In this document: positions 28,208-38,388 of the stretch, one piece after another
How the letters are laid out: each line of letters starts with the position of its first letter
How positions within the stretch are numbered: the first letter of the stretch is position 1
Assembly (NCBI GenBank): GCA_027008775.1
Contig: JALVDV010000010.1
Span: 32,529-96,528 of the forward strand
Length of the DNA: 64,000 bases
Source: Candidatus Moraniibacteriota bacterium
GTDB lineage: Bacteria > Patescibacteriota > Minisyncoccia > Moranbacterales > DUUL01
Direction: 5' to 3'
The notes under the pieces: generated by a model
Database searches by the model: none
The model's input: the letters and a program-made list of their open reading frames with translations, nothing else
What the model was told of the DNA's origin: nothing
Translations under genes and position numbers: made by a program

Positions 28208-29998
28208 TTACTTGGCGGTTTTTTTAATTTTCAAGCCCAATTCATCCAATTGTTCCGGCGAAACTTCCGAAGGACTGCCCAGCATTAAATCTTTCCCTTG
28301 TCCATCTTTGGGGAAAGCGTAAATATCCCGAATGGATTCGGCGTCAACCAACTCCATATACAGTCTGTCTATGCCGGGAGCGTTTCCCCCATGGGGTGGA
28401 GCGCCAAATTTCAGAGCCTCCACCATATGCCCAAACTTTTCATCAACTTCCTCTTTGGAATAGCCGGCAATAGCAAAAGCTTTGTACATTATTTCCGGGC
28501 GATGATTACGAATAGCCCCACTGGAAATTTCCAAGCCGTTTAAAATCAAATCGTACTGGTAGGCCAAGATATCCAATGGATTTTTTGTTTCCAAATCTTT
28601 AAGACCGCCTTGGGGCATGGAAAAAGGGTTGTGGCTAAAATCTATTTTACCCTCTTCAATCTCCGAATAGTCATACATGGGGAAATCGGTGATCCAAGCG
28701 AAGGCGGCTTTGTTTTTATCTTTCAAGTTTAATTTTTCGCCACATTTATCTCTGACTATTCCCAAGGAATCGCAAACAGTGCGCCACTGATCGGCTCCAA
28801 AGAAAATAATGTCACCTGCTTTTGCTCCTACTTTCTCAACAATTTTGTCAACCGTTTCTTTTCCTAAAAATTTAACTATGGGTGATTGGTACTCTCCGCT
28901 TTCTTTGATAACAATATAGGCCAATCCCTTGGCGCCCTTACTAATGGCTAATTCCGTTAATTCATCTATTTCTTTGCGAGAAAAACGGGCGCCACCGGGA
29001 ATTCTGAGAGCATGGACCACTCCACCTCTTTCCACCGCTTGGCGGAATACGGCAAATTCGGAATTTTTAACCAGATTGGTAATCGCTTTAATTTGCAAAT
29101 CAAAACGCAAATCCGGTTTATCGGAGCCGTAAAGATTCATTGCTTCTCGCCAGGGTATTTGCGGAAACGAATTGTCAGGATTTAAATTGATTATTTTTTT
29201 ATTGCTTAATTCTTTTACCAATTCAATCATTAACGGTTCCATTATTTTGAAAATATCTTCCTGTTCTACGAAAGCCATTTCCATATCCAATTGGTAAAAT
29301 TCGCCAAAATGTCTGTCCCGACGAGGGTCTTCATCGCGAAAACAAGGAGCGATTTGAAAATATTTGTCCACACCGCCAACCATCAAAAGTTGTTTGAACT
29401 GTTGCGGCGCTTGGGGTAGAGCGTAAAATTTGCCAGGATAAAGACGAGAGGGAACCAGCCAATCACGAGCGCCTTCCGGAGAAGAGTTGGCCAAGATTGG
29501 AGTTTGGATTTCCCGAAAGTCACGCTGTGAAAAATACTTCCTGATTATCCTGATCATTTCTTCTCGCCCGCGCAGAAGTTTTTGGATTTTTCGCCGGCGA
29601 AGATCCAAATAACGATATTTTAATCTGATGGTTTCATTGGCTTCTTCAGGGCCGTCTATTTCAAAAGGAGGTGTTTTAGCTTTGTTAAGAATTTCTAATT
29701 CGTTCACTCCGATTTCCACTGCGCCGGTAGTCAACTTGGGGTTAATCATATCCTGAGGTCTGGCCAAAACCTTGCCAGCCACTTTTATTACCCATTCGCT
29801 TCTCAGCTTATCGGCTTCTTGGTAGGCTTTTCTGTCAATACTGGGATCAAATTTAAGTTGGGTAATGCCATATTGATCTCGCAGGTCAATGAAAATTACC
29901 CCGCCATGGTCCCGTCGTTTGTTAACCCAGCCGGACATTACAACTTTTTTACCGACATCCTCTTTGTTAAGTTCTCCACAATTATTGGTACGGTACAT
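28208..29998 (-). CDS. aspS: Aspartate--tRNA ligase (His in RRDHGG suggests a possibly non-discriminating type)
   Basis: RRDHGGVIFIDLRD, ALPQAPQQFKQLLM, CFRDED, GAPPHGG. Confidence 0.97.
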   Translation of the reverse strand: MYRTNNCGELNKEDVGKKVVMSGWVNKRRDHGGVIFIDLRDQYGITQLKFDPSIDRKAYQEADKLRSEWVIKVAGKVLARPQDMINPKLTTGAVEIGVNELEILNKAKTPPFEIDGPEEANETIRLKYRYLDLRRRKIQKLLRGREEMIRIIRKYFSQRDFREIQTPILANSSPEGARDWLVPSRLYPGKFYALPQAPQQFKQLLMVGGVDKYFQIAPCFRDEDPRRDRHFGEFYQLDMEMAFVEQEDIFKIMEPLMIELVKELSNKKIINLNPDNSFPQIPWREAMNLYGSDKPDLRFDLQIKAITNLVKNSEFAVFRQAVERGGVVHALRIPGGARFSRKEIDELTELAISKGAKGLAYIVIKESGEYQSPIVKFLGKETVDKIVEKVGAKAGDIIFFGADQWRTVCDSLGIVRDKCGEKLNLKDKNKAAFAWITDFPMYDYSEIEEGKIDFSHNPFSMPQGGLKDLETKNPLDILAYQYDLILNGLEISSGAIRNHRPEIMYKAFAIAGYSKEEVDEKFGHMVEALKFGAPPHGGNAPGIDRLYMELVDAESIRDIYAFPKDGQGKDLMLGSPSEVSPEQLDELGLKIKKTAK

Positions 29999-30233
29999 AT
30001 TTATTCCTGATTAAATCTTAACGACAATTATCTTTACTGACTCTGATTTGAGCTGTCTAAAGACGATCTAACCAACCTATTATCCGGTTAGAAGATGAGA
30101 TTTGCTTTCCAACAAGCCCACTCTAGCACACAAATTGACAAATATCAATAAAATGCTGTAGTTTGGAAAGGCAGAAAAGTCTTGTGCTACAACAGTGAAG
30201 TTCGTGTTGTTTAATTATTTTCCTTGAAAATTT

Positions 30234-30557
30234 ATGAAATTTAGAGTACCCAATAATTTGAGTCACAATCTCGACTATATAGTTCGCCAGGCCGGTTATT
30301 TCCCTATTTTTGACAAGTACAGTAAAAAAAGTAGTCACATCAGGCCCTTGAGCGACCAACGCTATCCACGTTTCCATTTATACACACAAGAGGAGGAAGG
30401 ACAAGTTGTTTTTGATCTTCACTTGGACCAATCTTCCACCAGATATGATAAGCAGAAAGCGCATCGGGCTGATTACGATAGTGAAGAAGTGAGGAATGAA
30501 TTGGCAAGAATATACGGAGTCGTGGAGAAATTCCTGTCAGAGAAAACGGGGAATTAA
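30234..30557 (+). CDS. Hypothetical protein
   Basis: 107-aa ORF with YPRFHLY..LHLDQ, a motif I associate with a CPR hypothetical family. Confidence 0.75.
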   Translation: MKFRVPNNLSHNLDYIVRQAGYFPIFDKYSKKSSHIRPLSDQRYPRFHLYTQEEEGQVVFDLHLDQSSTRYDKQKAHRADYDSEEVRNELARIYGVVEKFLSEKTGN

Positions 30558-30562
30558 GGTTG

Positions 30563-30640
30563 AATTTACCTAGGGGCTTCTCCTTTTTAATATTTGGTCA
30601 ATCTTTCTAGACGCTATTTTCTACCTGATGGTTGACGCTT
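30563..30640. mobile_element. MITE-like element, degenerate left half (copy 3)
   Basis: Aligns with 23539-23612, including TATTTTCTACCTGATG. Confidence 0.55.
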
Positions 30641-30646
30641 GTCAAA

Positions 30647-30675
30647 AAGCGCCCCTCCCGGCGGGAGGGGCGCTT
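30647..30675. terminator. Bidirectional terminator between convergent genes
   Basis: AAGCGCCCCTCCCG / CGGGAGGGGCGCTT inverted repeat. Confidence 0.8.
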
Positions 30676-30682
30676 AAAAAAT

Positions 30683-31927
30683 CTATTTATTCTCCGAAGT
30701 TTTATCTTTCTCCGCTTGTTCCTTTTCTCCTTCCGTCTTTTTTCCGTTCTGTTTATCTATTTCTCCCTGGATAATCTGTTTTAATTGTTGCGTCGGAACA
30801 AGTCCGCCGACGAATTGGTCGTTAATAAACAAAGCCGGGGTGCCGGTAATACCAAAATCTTGAGCCTCGCTAACGGAATTGTTTATTTCCTTTTCGTATT
30901 TTTTCTCATCCAAACACTTATTAAAATCTTCCGGATTCATTTTTAGACTAACGGCTTGTTTTTTGAAGAATTTATTAGCTTGCTCATCATTCAGTTTCCC
31001 CCAAGTATTTTGAGTTTTGTAAAGTCGGTTAGACATCTGCCAAAATTTGTCTTGTTCTTTGGCGCAACGAGCAGCTAAAGCGGCATTTTTGGACTGCTGG
31101 TGAAATTCCAAAGGAAGATCTTTGTAGACTAAAACTACTTGTCCATCAAACTCTTTGGCAACCTTGAGAATGTCACTGAAAAACTTGGCGCAATAAGGAC
31201 ACTGATGATCGGAAAATAAGAAAATTTTCACCTTGGCATCCTTTTGACCAATAATGGGATCACCTTCTTTGATGGTTGGCAGTTCAATATATTTTCCCAC
31301 CGGCAAACCTAAAGCGGAAACATTTAAAATGTAGTCATTGCCATCTTTGGCTTTATTAAAAATCGCTTTGGCTTCTCCGTTGTAAAATTTGGTTTTTTCC
31401 AAGTCTTTGGAGAAAACCAGGGCCGGCAATGATTTTAAATGATCATTTTTTACCAATTCTTGTCCGGCGGGAGAATTAACATCAACTTCTTTAATAACCA
31501 AAGTGGGAACAACTTTCTTCAAAACATCAATAACCTCCGGAGGCAGTTGACATCCGGGACAATCTTTATTTTTACTATCGGTTAAAATTTTCAGTTCCAC
31601 TATCGGTTCATCATAAGCCACCCAAGTCTTACCATCCAAAGAAAAAATGCGCGCATTTTTTAGAGCATGGGGCGAGTATCCTTTTTTAGTAACCAATTGT
31701 CCAACGTCCACTAACAAGCTACCGATTAACAGACCGGTCAATAAGATAATGAGTGCAATATAATTTTTCACTTTTTTATTAACTTTGTCTTCCTCAATGA
31801 TCTCATCAATTGTTTTCCCCTCCAAAAAATCCTCCTCGTTTTCCTCAGAAATATTCTTGGTTTCCACCACCTCGGCGACAATCTTGTTTTCCTTTTTATT
31901 TTTCTTGTTTTTCTTCTTTTTACTCAT
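30683..31927 (-). CDS. Membrane-anchored DsbA-family oxidoreductase with two thioredoxin-like domains
   Basis: TM helix; CPGC in domain 1; FSDHQCPYC and GITGTPALFIN in domain 2. Confidence 0.88.
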   Translation of the reverse strand: MSKKKKNKKNKKENKIVAEVVETKNISEENEEDFLEGKTIDEIIEEDKVNKKVKNYIALIILLTGLLIGSLLVDVGQLVTKKGYSPHALKNARIFSLDGKTWVAYDEPIVELKILTDSKNKDCPGCQLPPEVIDVLKKVVPTLVIKEVDVNSPAGQELVKNDHLKSLPALVFSKDLEKTKFYNGEAKAIFNKAKDGNDYILNVSALGLPVGKYIELPTIKEGDPIIGQKDAKVKIFLFSDHQCPYCAKFFSDILKVAKEFDGQVVLVYKDLPLEFHQQSKNAALAARCAKEQDKFWQMSNRLYKTQNTWGKLNDEQANKFFKKQAVSLKMNPEDFNKCLDEKKYEKEINNSVSEAQDFGITGTPALFINDQFVGGLVPTQQLKQIIQGEIDKQNGKKTEGEKEQAEKDKTSENK

Positions 31928-31975
31928 AGATTTGATTTAGGAAATTATATCTTAAACCCTCCCAAATTGTTGGTT

Positions 31976-32326
31976 TTACTTATTTTCTTTGGTTTCTTCT
32001 TTTTCTTCCAACGGTTGCCCTTTGGTTTCGGTCTGTTCCGACTCGCCATTGAAATTAATTTCGCCGTTTTTTTCGTTTTCAACTGGAGCCGAGTTAACCG
32101 AAGAATTTGTTTCTTGTGATGAGACGTGATCATCACTTTTAATTTTTTGGCCAACCAACGACTGATTCCATTGCGACAATTTATAATCATCATAACCGAT
32201 GGTTACAGTCTGCAGGGCTTGCAATTTCAAAAAATAGCCCAGGGCAATTCCAACCAGTAGAAGTATCAGATTTTTTAAAGTAAACAAACCACTGCCCCTC
32301 CCCTCCTGAAGTTGCTCTTCGTTCAT
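31976..32326 (-). CDS. Hypothetical single-TM protein
   Basis: One TM, TIGYDDY, acidic tail; upstream TTTACA/TATTAT promoter-like elements. Confidence 0.7.
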   Translation of the reverse strand: MNEEQLQEGRGSGLFTLKNLILLLVGIALGYFLKLQALQTVTIGYDDYKLSQWNQSLVGQKIKSDDHVSSQETNSSVNSAPVENEKNGEINFNGESEQTETKGQPLEEKEETKENK

Positions 32327-32388
32327 ATTTTTTTCTTAGATTTTTAAGTTGTTTAGTATAATAACAAAAAAATCGGAAATGTAAACAC

Positions 32389-33585
32389 TTATGGATTCCA
32401 ATCGCCGTTTTCTTTGATCAGTTCTATCAATCTTTCCAAAGCTTTACTCTCGTCTATATTTTTCTCCACAACCTCCCCTTTTCTGTAAAGAGTGATTTTC
32501 CCCGGAGCGCCGCCAACATAACCATAATCGGCGCCGGCCATTTCTCCGGGACCGTTAACAATGCAACCCATCACGGCAATTTTTAAACCTTTAAGATTTC
32601 CCAATTTCTCCTTTATCTTTTTGGTAACTTTTTCAATGTCAAAAAGGGTACGTCCGCAGGAAGGACAGGAAATGAATTCGGTTTTGGTAATTCTTCTCTG
32701 GGTGGCTTGCAAAATGGAATAACAAACAGGAATTTCCTTTTCCGGAGCCTCTGTTAGAGAAACTCTGATAGTGTCACCCAATCCTTCCAACAAGAGAACG
32801 CCGATACCAATAGTTGACTTGGCGCGCCCGTCTTCGGCCAGTCCGGCCTCTGTCACGCCCAAATGAATTGGGTAATCCATGCCATTTTCATCCATGGTTT
32901 TGGCCAAAAGACGGTTGGCTTCTATCATTACCAGTGGGTCTGATGATTTTATGGCCACCACCAAGTTGTTGTAATCATATTTTTTGAAAATGCGCAAATA
33001 CTCCATAACACTTTCCACCAAGCCCAAAGGCGTATTACCGTATTTTTCCAAGATTCGCGGGGAAAGGGAGCCATGATTGGTGCCGATACGAACGGGAATA
33101 TTTTTTTCTTTCAACTTCTCAATGAAGGGTTTGAGGGTTTCCTCAATGGCCGACAAAGCTTCTTGATATTCTTTGCTAGTAAAACTTTTTTTGCCGGCAA
33201 ATTTGTGTCCAAACAAACCAGGATTTATTCGCAGTTTATCAGCCCACTTCATCGCCTCATAGGCTGGAGTTAAAGTGAAATGAATGTCGGCAATCAGCGG
33301 AATTTCCAAATTATATTTTTGACGCAATATTTCCTTAATCTTTTTTAAGGCTCTGGCGTGTTCGGGCGTTTGCGTGGTTAACCGAATCAATTCCGCTCCG
33401 GCCCGAGCGCACTTAACAATTTGTTCTACGGTAGCCGGAATATCTTTAGTGTCAGTGTTAGTCATGGTTTGCACCCTGATAGCGTTCCGACCTCCGATGC
33501 CAACCCCACCAACCATCACCTCCCTGGTTTTGCGTCGTGACCAAAGAGCAGTTGTTGTTTTTTTGTTCATTGGTTGCTTTTTCAT
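32389..33585 (-). CDS. ispG: 4-hydroxy-3-methylbut-2-en-1-yl diphosphate synthase (GcpE)
   Basis: VQTMTNTDT, ADIHF, RINPG, RIGTNHGSL, HLGVTEAG, GDTIRVSLT, CPSCGRT, MGCIVNGPGE. Confidence 0.97.
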   Translation of the reverse strand: MKKQPMNKKTTTALWSRRKTREVMVGGVGIGGRNAIRVQTMTNTDTKDIPATVEQIVKCARAGAELIRLTTQTPEHARALKKIKEILRQKYNLEIPLIADIHFTLTPAYEAMKWADKLRINPGLFGHKFAGKKSFTSKEYQEALSAIEETLKPFIEKLKEKNIPVRIGTNHGSLSPRILEKYGNTPLGLVESVMEYLRIFKKYDYNNLVVAIKSSDPLVMIEANRLLAKTMDENGMDYPIHLGVTEAGLAEDGRAKSTIGIGVLLLEGLGDTIRVSLTEAPEKEIPVCYSILQATQRRITKTEFISCPSCGRTLFDIEKVTKKIKEKLGNLKGLKIAVMGCIVNGPGEMAGADYGYVGGAPGKITLYRKGEVVEKNIDESKALERLIELIKENGDWNP

Positions 33586-33673
33586 TGTTTAGAAATAAGA
33601 TTGCCTTTTTGCGGAAGGCCATTTTATTATAGCTCTTTGTTTCTTTTCGGTCCACAACAGAGCCGAAAAACGG

Positions 33674-33702
33674 TTGACAAATTTGCCAATCAGTACTACT
33701 AT
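33674..33702 (+). promoter_or_regulatory. Promoter of the tad operon
   Basis: TTGACA-17 bp-TACTAT. Confidence 0.6.
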
Positions 33703-33765
33703 GAGTTGTTATTTCCGTTAAGTTCTCTATTACCGGTTTGACCGTTTATATTTAATTTTTTTGAA

Positions 33766-34224
33766 GTGATTAGCGATTTTTTTCGAAAACTCGGTTTTAA
33801 GTTTAAACTCCCGGCTCAGCGAGGACAGTCGGCGGTGGAATTGGCTATTGTTTTGCCAATTCTGCTTTTCCTTCTGTTGTTTTTAATCAATATCGGTTTT
33901 TATCTTCAGGCTAATCTGGAGGTGTCTTTTGCCGCTCAGCAAGGAGTTCGTGCGGGTAGCTTGACAAATGATAATGATAAAATTCTGGGAATAATTAAAA
34001 AATCTCTGCAAAATTTGCGTGATCACGAAAAAAGAACCAACGTTATTATTACACCCGCCCAGGAAACGGCTCGTCACCGGGGAGACGAATTGAGAGTAAA
34101 GGTTTCCTACGCTTACCCGCCACCTTTCAAATTAACTCTGCCCTTTGGTCCGCGGAACAATTTTTTCAACAAAGACAGTTTGATTATAGAAAGCGTGGCA
34201 GTGGCGCGAATGGAATCAGAATAA
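33766..34224 (+). CDS. tadE: TadE-like minor pseudopilin
   Basis: RG/QSAVELAIVLPILL prepilin motif; AAQQGVRAGS. Confidence 0.9.
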   Translation: MISDFFRKLGFKFKLPAQRGQSAVELAIVLPILLFLLLFLINIGFYLQANLEVSFAAQQGVRAGSLTNDNDKILGIIKKSLQNLRDHEKRTNVIITPAQETARHRGDELRVKVSYAYPPPFKLTLPFGPRNNFFNKDSLIIESVAVARMESE

Positions 34225-34261
34225 ATCTTTTTCTGATAAATAAATATTTGTAATTGAAGAA

Positions 34262-34813
34262 ATGTCTAAAATTATTCGGCAGAAAAAAGAAGAAGGGAGT
34301 GTCTTAGTAATTGTAGCTCTTTTTTTGCCGGTTGTTTTGGCTTTATTGGCTCTGCTTATCAACAGCGGAATTTTTTATTACATCAAATCCACTCAGGCGG
34401 GAATGGCTAATCGCGCCACCGCGTCGGCTATGAGCGTGGTGGCGGACAAAATGACCGAGATCGTCAATGAAAAAATTAAAAACGATCCCACCTGCTGTTC
34501 ACCCGCAACAAAAGTTTGGGAAAACCTTTCTGATGAAGACAGAATTTTTTTAACACATAATTCTCAGTTTAAAAACCAAGTGGAGGAAACTCTCAAGGAA
34601 TATTTACAGAAAAATATGCAGAACACCATACCACTGCTGAAGAAGGCTGAGGTGAAGGAGTTGAATATTGCTTATCCGTACAATTACGATTTGGCGGATC
34701 GCTTTTTGAAGCTACACCTCAATTTTACTCTGGCTGTTCCGCTGGTCCTGCAGAATGAACGAAAGATTAAAGACATTCCCGTGGAGGCGGAAAGTCAAAT
34801 TAGGATTAAATAA
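34262..34813 (+). CDS. TadG-like pilus accessory protein
   Basis: EEG/SVLVIVALFLPVVL..LLINSG N-terminal Tad motif; operon context. Confidence 0.75.
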   Translation: MSKIIRQKKEEGSVLVIVALFLPVVLALLALLINSGIFYYIKSTQAGMANRATASAMSVVADKMTEIVNEKIKNDPTCCSPATKVWENLSDEDRIFLTHNSQFKNQVEETLKEYLQKNMQNTIPLLKKAEVKELNIAYPYNYDLADRFLKLHLNFTLAVPLVLQNERKIKDIPVEAESQIRIK

Positions 34814-34850
34814 TTTTTAAAAGACGAATAATTTTTAACGAGTAAACAAA

Positions 34851-35540
34851 ATGAAAGAAAAAAATTCCTTGACAAGCGCTGATTGGCAGAAAAAATTTCA
34901 CCGACGAAAAGTTTTGCTCTTGGCAATTTCTTTGGGGGTAGCGATTTTTGTTTCTTTAAATACTTACAAGATAGTCAACCGGGCGCGTCATAAAGCTGAA
35001 TTGGTGACGGTGGTAGTGAGCAAGAACGGCATTTCTCAGGACCAAGTGGTATCGGCCAGTGATTTAACTTTCCGACATTTTCGCAGAGATCAATTGCCGG
35101 AAAAAGCGATTTTTAAAAAAGAAACCGTTTTGGGAAAAAGCGCTTTGACAGATATCCCTAAAAATCAAATTCTAACCGCCGGATTTTTTATTAAAAGAAA
35201 AAATCCTCATTCTCTGAGCGCCAAGCTGAGTGACAATAAGCAAGCTTTTACTTTGGGAACCGACTGGCTAAGCTCTCCTTTGCCGAAAGTTCAGCCGGGC
35301 GACCTGGTGGATGTCATAGCAAGTCGTTCTTACGAGGAGAAAAACAAAGCTGTTGCCGAACAAAAGGAGGTTTTAAAAACTCAGACGAAATTGCTATTGG
35401 CGGGCGCTAAAGTTTTGGCAGTGGAAAATAAAGACAAGCTAAGCAAAGGTTATTTGGTTTTAGAGGTAACGCCGGAGGAGGCAAAAAACCTACTTTCCGC
35501 GCGCGCTCTGCAATTTTTAATGAATATTGTTATCAGATAA
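34851..35540 (+). CDS. cpaB: Flp pilus assembly protein CpaB/RcpC (SAF domain)
   Basis: TM, SAF-like VVVS..I..DQV, PGDLVDVI, KVLAV, LEVTPEEA. Confidence 0.9.
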   Translation: MKEKNSLTSADWQKKFHRRKVLLLAISLGVAIFVSLNTYKIVNRARHKAELVTVVVSKNGISQDQVVSASDLTFRHFRRDQLPEKAIFKKETVLGKSALTDIPKNQILTAGFFIKRKNPHSLSAKLSDNKQAFTLGTDWLSSPLPKVQPGDLVDVIASRSYEEKNKAVAEQKEVLKTQTKLLLAGAKVLAVENKDKLSKGYLVLEVTPEEAKNLLSARALQFLMNIVIR

Positions 35541-36272
35541 ATGACGGTAATACTTTGCGCTCAGGCCAAGGGAGGAGTGGGAAACAGTTTGTTGGCGACA
35601 AACCTGGCCTATCTTTTGGCGGAGAAAAAGAAACGAGTGTTATTGCTGGACGCTAATAAATTGTCTGACATCCCCTCCTTGTTTGCTATTAAATCGGGCA
35701 AGAATGTTGCCAATCTTTGGGAATTTTTCCGTGAAGGAAGCGAGAAAATTAGCTCTAAAAAAATCCGCGGTTTTTTTAATAAAACTGTTTATGCCGTGGA
35801 TAACTTGGATGTTTTACTGGCCGACAGTGAACAACGTTTTTCGGGGATGAAACACTACCGGGAAATTCTGACTTATGCCAAAAAAATTTATGACTTCATT
35901 GTGATAGATAGCGGGGCTAACAATTTCAAACTGTTGACCGCTTTGCTAGCCAATCTGGATTTGGTTCTTTTAACCACCACGCCCGACCGAACGGCTCTTG
36001 ATAAAACCCTTCTTTGGCTGGAAAAAACAAGGGGACAGTTGGAAGAAAACGGTTTGGAAATTGATTTAATTGTGAACCAAGCTGATGGCTTTCAAAAGAA
36101 AGAAATGGAAACAATTTTCGCCCTGCCCTGTCAAGGAATTTTGCCGAGAGACAATAAAACGATTTGGGAAAATGTTAACTGGGGCGTACCAGCGGTGAGC
36201 AACCGACGCTCTCCTTGGGGACGCGCCCTGGAAAAACTGACTGCTAAATTGCTAAGAGAAAAAAATGCTTAA
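35541..36272 (+). CDS. CpaE/TadZ-like MinD/ParA-family protein (degenerate Walker A)
   Basis: KGGVGNSLLATNLA, VLLLDAN, YDFIVIDSG. Confidence 0.85.
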   Translation: MTVILCAQAKGGVGNSLLATNLAYLLAEKKKRVLLLDANKLSDIPSLFAIKSGKNVANLWEFFREGSEKISSKKIRGFFNKTVYAVDNLDVLLADSEQRFSGMKHYREILTYAKKIYDFIVIDSGANNFKLLTALLANLDLVLLTTTPDRTALDKTLLWLEKTRGQLEENGLEIDLIVNQADGFQKKEMETIFALPCQGILPRDNKTIWENVNWGVPAVSNRRSPWGRALEKLTAKLLREKNA

Positions 36273-37419
36273 AAAAGAGCAAAGAAGAATTGAAGAAATT
36301 GTTTGGCAGGAATTATTTTCATTTTTGAAAAACGGCGAGTATTTACGAGAAGAATTTTTAAACAATGAAAAATTTTTGCGCCGAAAAATTAAAATCGTTC
36401 TAAAAAGAAAGGAATTTGTTTTTCCGAAAAATCTTGAGAAACAAATTATTGAGAACGTTATTAATCGAATAAAGGGGTTGGGTCCTTTGGAAAATTTATT
36501 GCGAGACGAAACAGTAACGGAAATTATGGTGAACGGCCACCGCAATATTTTTGTGGAAAGAAATGGTTTGTTGGAGAAAGTTGATTGCTCTTTTTCCTCG
36601 GAGGAAGATTTGTTAAACGTTATCAATCGGATAGTCAGCAAGGTGGGACGGCGAGTAGATGAAAGCAGTCCAATGGTTGATGCTCGTCTGGAAGATGGCT
36701 CCAGAGTCAACGCCATTATTCCGCCACTCAGTTTAAAAGGCGCGACTTTAACCATCCGAAAATTTAATCGGCGTTCTTTTGATTTGAAACGCTTGGTTGA
36801 GTTGGGCTCCCTGTCGGCAGAAATGAAGTTGTTTTTGGAAAAGAGCGTGAGAGAAAAGAAAAATTTACTAATTGCCGGCGGAACCGGCAGTGGAAAAACA
36901 TCTCTGCTGAACGCTTTAGCAAAGGTGGTGAGTCAAAGAGAGAGAATTATTACCATTGAAGACTCGGCCGAATTACAGTTGGATCACCCCAACTTGGTTT
37001 CCCTGGAAAGCCGACCGAGAAACACCGAGGGAAAAGGCGAAGTGACTATTAGAGATTTGTTAAAGAACTCTCTGCGTATGCGTCCGGACAGAATTATTGT
37101 CGGCGAAGTCAGGGGCGGTGAGGCTTTGGATATGTTGCAAGCGATGAATACCGGCCACCAGGGATCCTTAACCACTATTCACGCCAACAGTCCTTTGGAG
37201 TCACTGCTAAGATTGGAAACAATGGTTCTGATGGCCGATTTGGAATTACCTTTGACAGTGGTACGCCGACAAATTCTGGAAGCGATGGATATTATTGTTC
37301 AATTGAGACGAGAGGCTAATGGCCAGAGAAAGATAGTTGCTGTCAGTCAATTGCAGAAGAGCGCAAACGGGTTAGCCGAAGAACCGCAATATATTTTGCA
37401 AAACATTTTTGAAAATTAA
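36265..37419 (+). CDS. tadA: Tad pilus assembly ATPase CpaF/TadA
   Basis: GLGPLE.LL.D..VTEIMVNG, GGTGSGKT, IEDSAEL, LRMRPDRIIVGEVRG.EA, MNTGH. Confidence 0.96.
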   Translation: MLKKEQRRIEEIVWQELFSFLKNGEYLREEFLNNEKFLRRKIKIVLKRKEFVFPKNLEKQIIENVINRIKGLGPLENLLRDETVTEIMVNGHRNIFVERNGLLEKVDCSFSSEEDLLNVINRIVSKVGRRVDESSPMVDARLEDGSRVNAIIPPLSLKGATLTIRKFNRRSFDLKRLVELGSLSAEMKLFLEKSVREKKNLLIAGGTGSGKTSLLNALAKVVSQRERIITIEDSAELQLDHPNLVSLESRPRNTEGKGEVTIRDLLKNSLRMRPDRIIVGEVRGGEALDMLQAMNTGHQGSLTTIHANSPLESLLRLETMVLMADLELPLTVVRRQILEAMDIIVQLRREANGQRKIVAVSQLQKSANGLAEEPQYILQNIFEN

Positions 37420-37437
37420 TTTTTTAAATAACGAGAA

Positions 37438-38379
37438 ATGATTGCTGAAGCAACATTTTGGTTAAAAAATTTTTTAACGAAACATGTGGTCGTAGAAACG
37501 ATTGTTGCCTGGGGTTTTTTCTCTTTTTTCTTAACTTATTATTGCTTGGGGTTTTTGCTCAACTTAAAAGCTAAAAAAGAATTTGGACGGGAACAAAAAA
37601 GTTTTCAATTGAGTCCAAAGAAGGAACCGAAAAATTTTTTAGGTAAAAAATTATACCGCTTCTACAAACGAGGAGATTTTAAACTGCCCTTTTCCTCGTT
37701 TGTTCTTTTTATTTTTTTGTTGTTGGTTGTTTTACCTTTGCTTTTTGTTAAACTCTTTTCCCCCGTCTTGGCTTTTTTGTTTGTCGCCATCTCCTACTTG
37801 ATATTTGTGACAATGGTGAAAATGAGAGAACGAAAAAAACAAAATCGGCTGACAGAACAACTGCCTTTTATGTTGGATACTCTTTCCGGCTTTGTCCAAG
37901 CCGGTTATTCATTACCGCAAGCCATTCAAGCCACCGAAAGAGAATTGGAACAGCCACTACAAACCTACTGGCGAAAAGTTGTTAAACGAATGAATTACAA
38001 CTGGCCCCTGGACAAGGCCCTGGAAGATGTTCAAAAAGATTTGACCGATAGAGAACTGAGGCTAATTTTTAACGTTTTGGCTATTCAAAATAGAACTGGC
38101 GGTGATTTGGCTCACATGCTGCAAAGGATCTCCCTTTTCGCCCGACAAAAAAACAAATTGCAACGAGATATTAAAATTTTTACCTCGCAGGGGCGAATGT
38201 CCGGTTTGATTATTGTTTTGCTTTGGCCGATTTCCGCTATCCTTTTTTACTTAATCAATCCCGACTACGTGCGAATATTGTTTGTTACTTCCGTGGGTAA
38301 GTCCTTACTTTTACTTTCCTTCGCTTTGGAGGTAATCGGTTTTTATTTAATTTGGAAAATTATCAGAATTAAGATTTAA
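37438..38379 (+). CDS. tadB: Tad inner-membrane platform protein TadB
   Basis: EQLP..LD.L..AGYSLPQA, Q.RTGGDL, TSQGRMSG. Confidence 0.92.
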   Translation: MIAEATFWLKNFLTKHVVVETIVAWGFFSFFLTYYCLGFLLNLKAKKEFGREQKSFQLSPKKEPKNFLGKKLYRFYKRGDFKLPFSSFVLFIFLLLVVLPLLFVKLFSPVLAFLFVAISYLIFVTMVKMRERKKQNRLTEQLPFMLDTLSGFVQAGYSLPQAIQATERELEQPLQTYWRKVVKRMNYNWPLDKALEDVQKDLTDRELRLIFNVLAIQNRTGGDLAHMLQRISLFARQKNKLQRDIKIFTSQGRMSGLIIVLLWPISAILFYLINPDYVRILFVTSVGKSLLLLSFALEVIGFYLIWKIIRIKI

Positions 38380-38388
38380 AATTAAACA

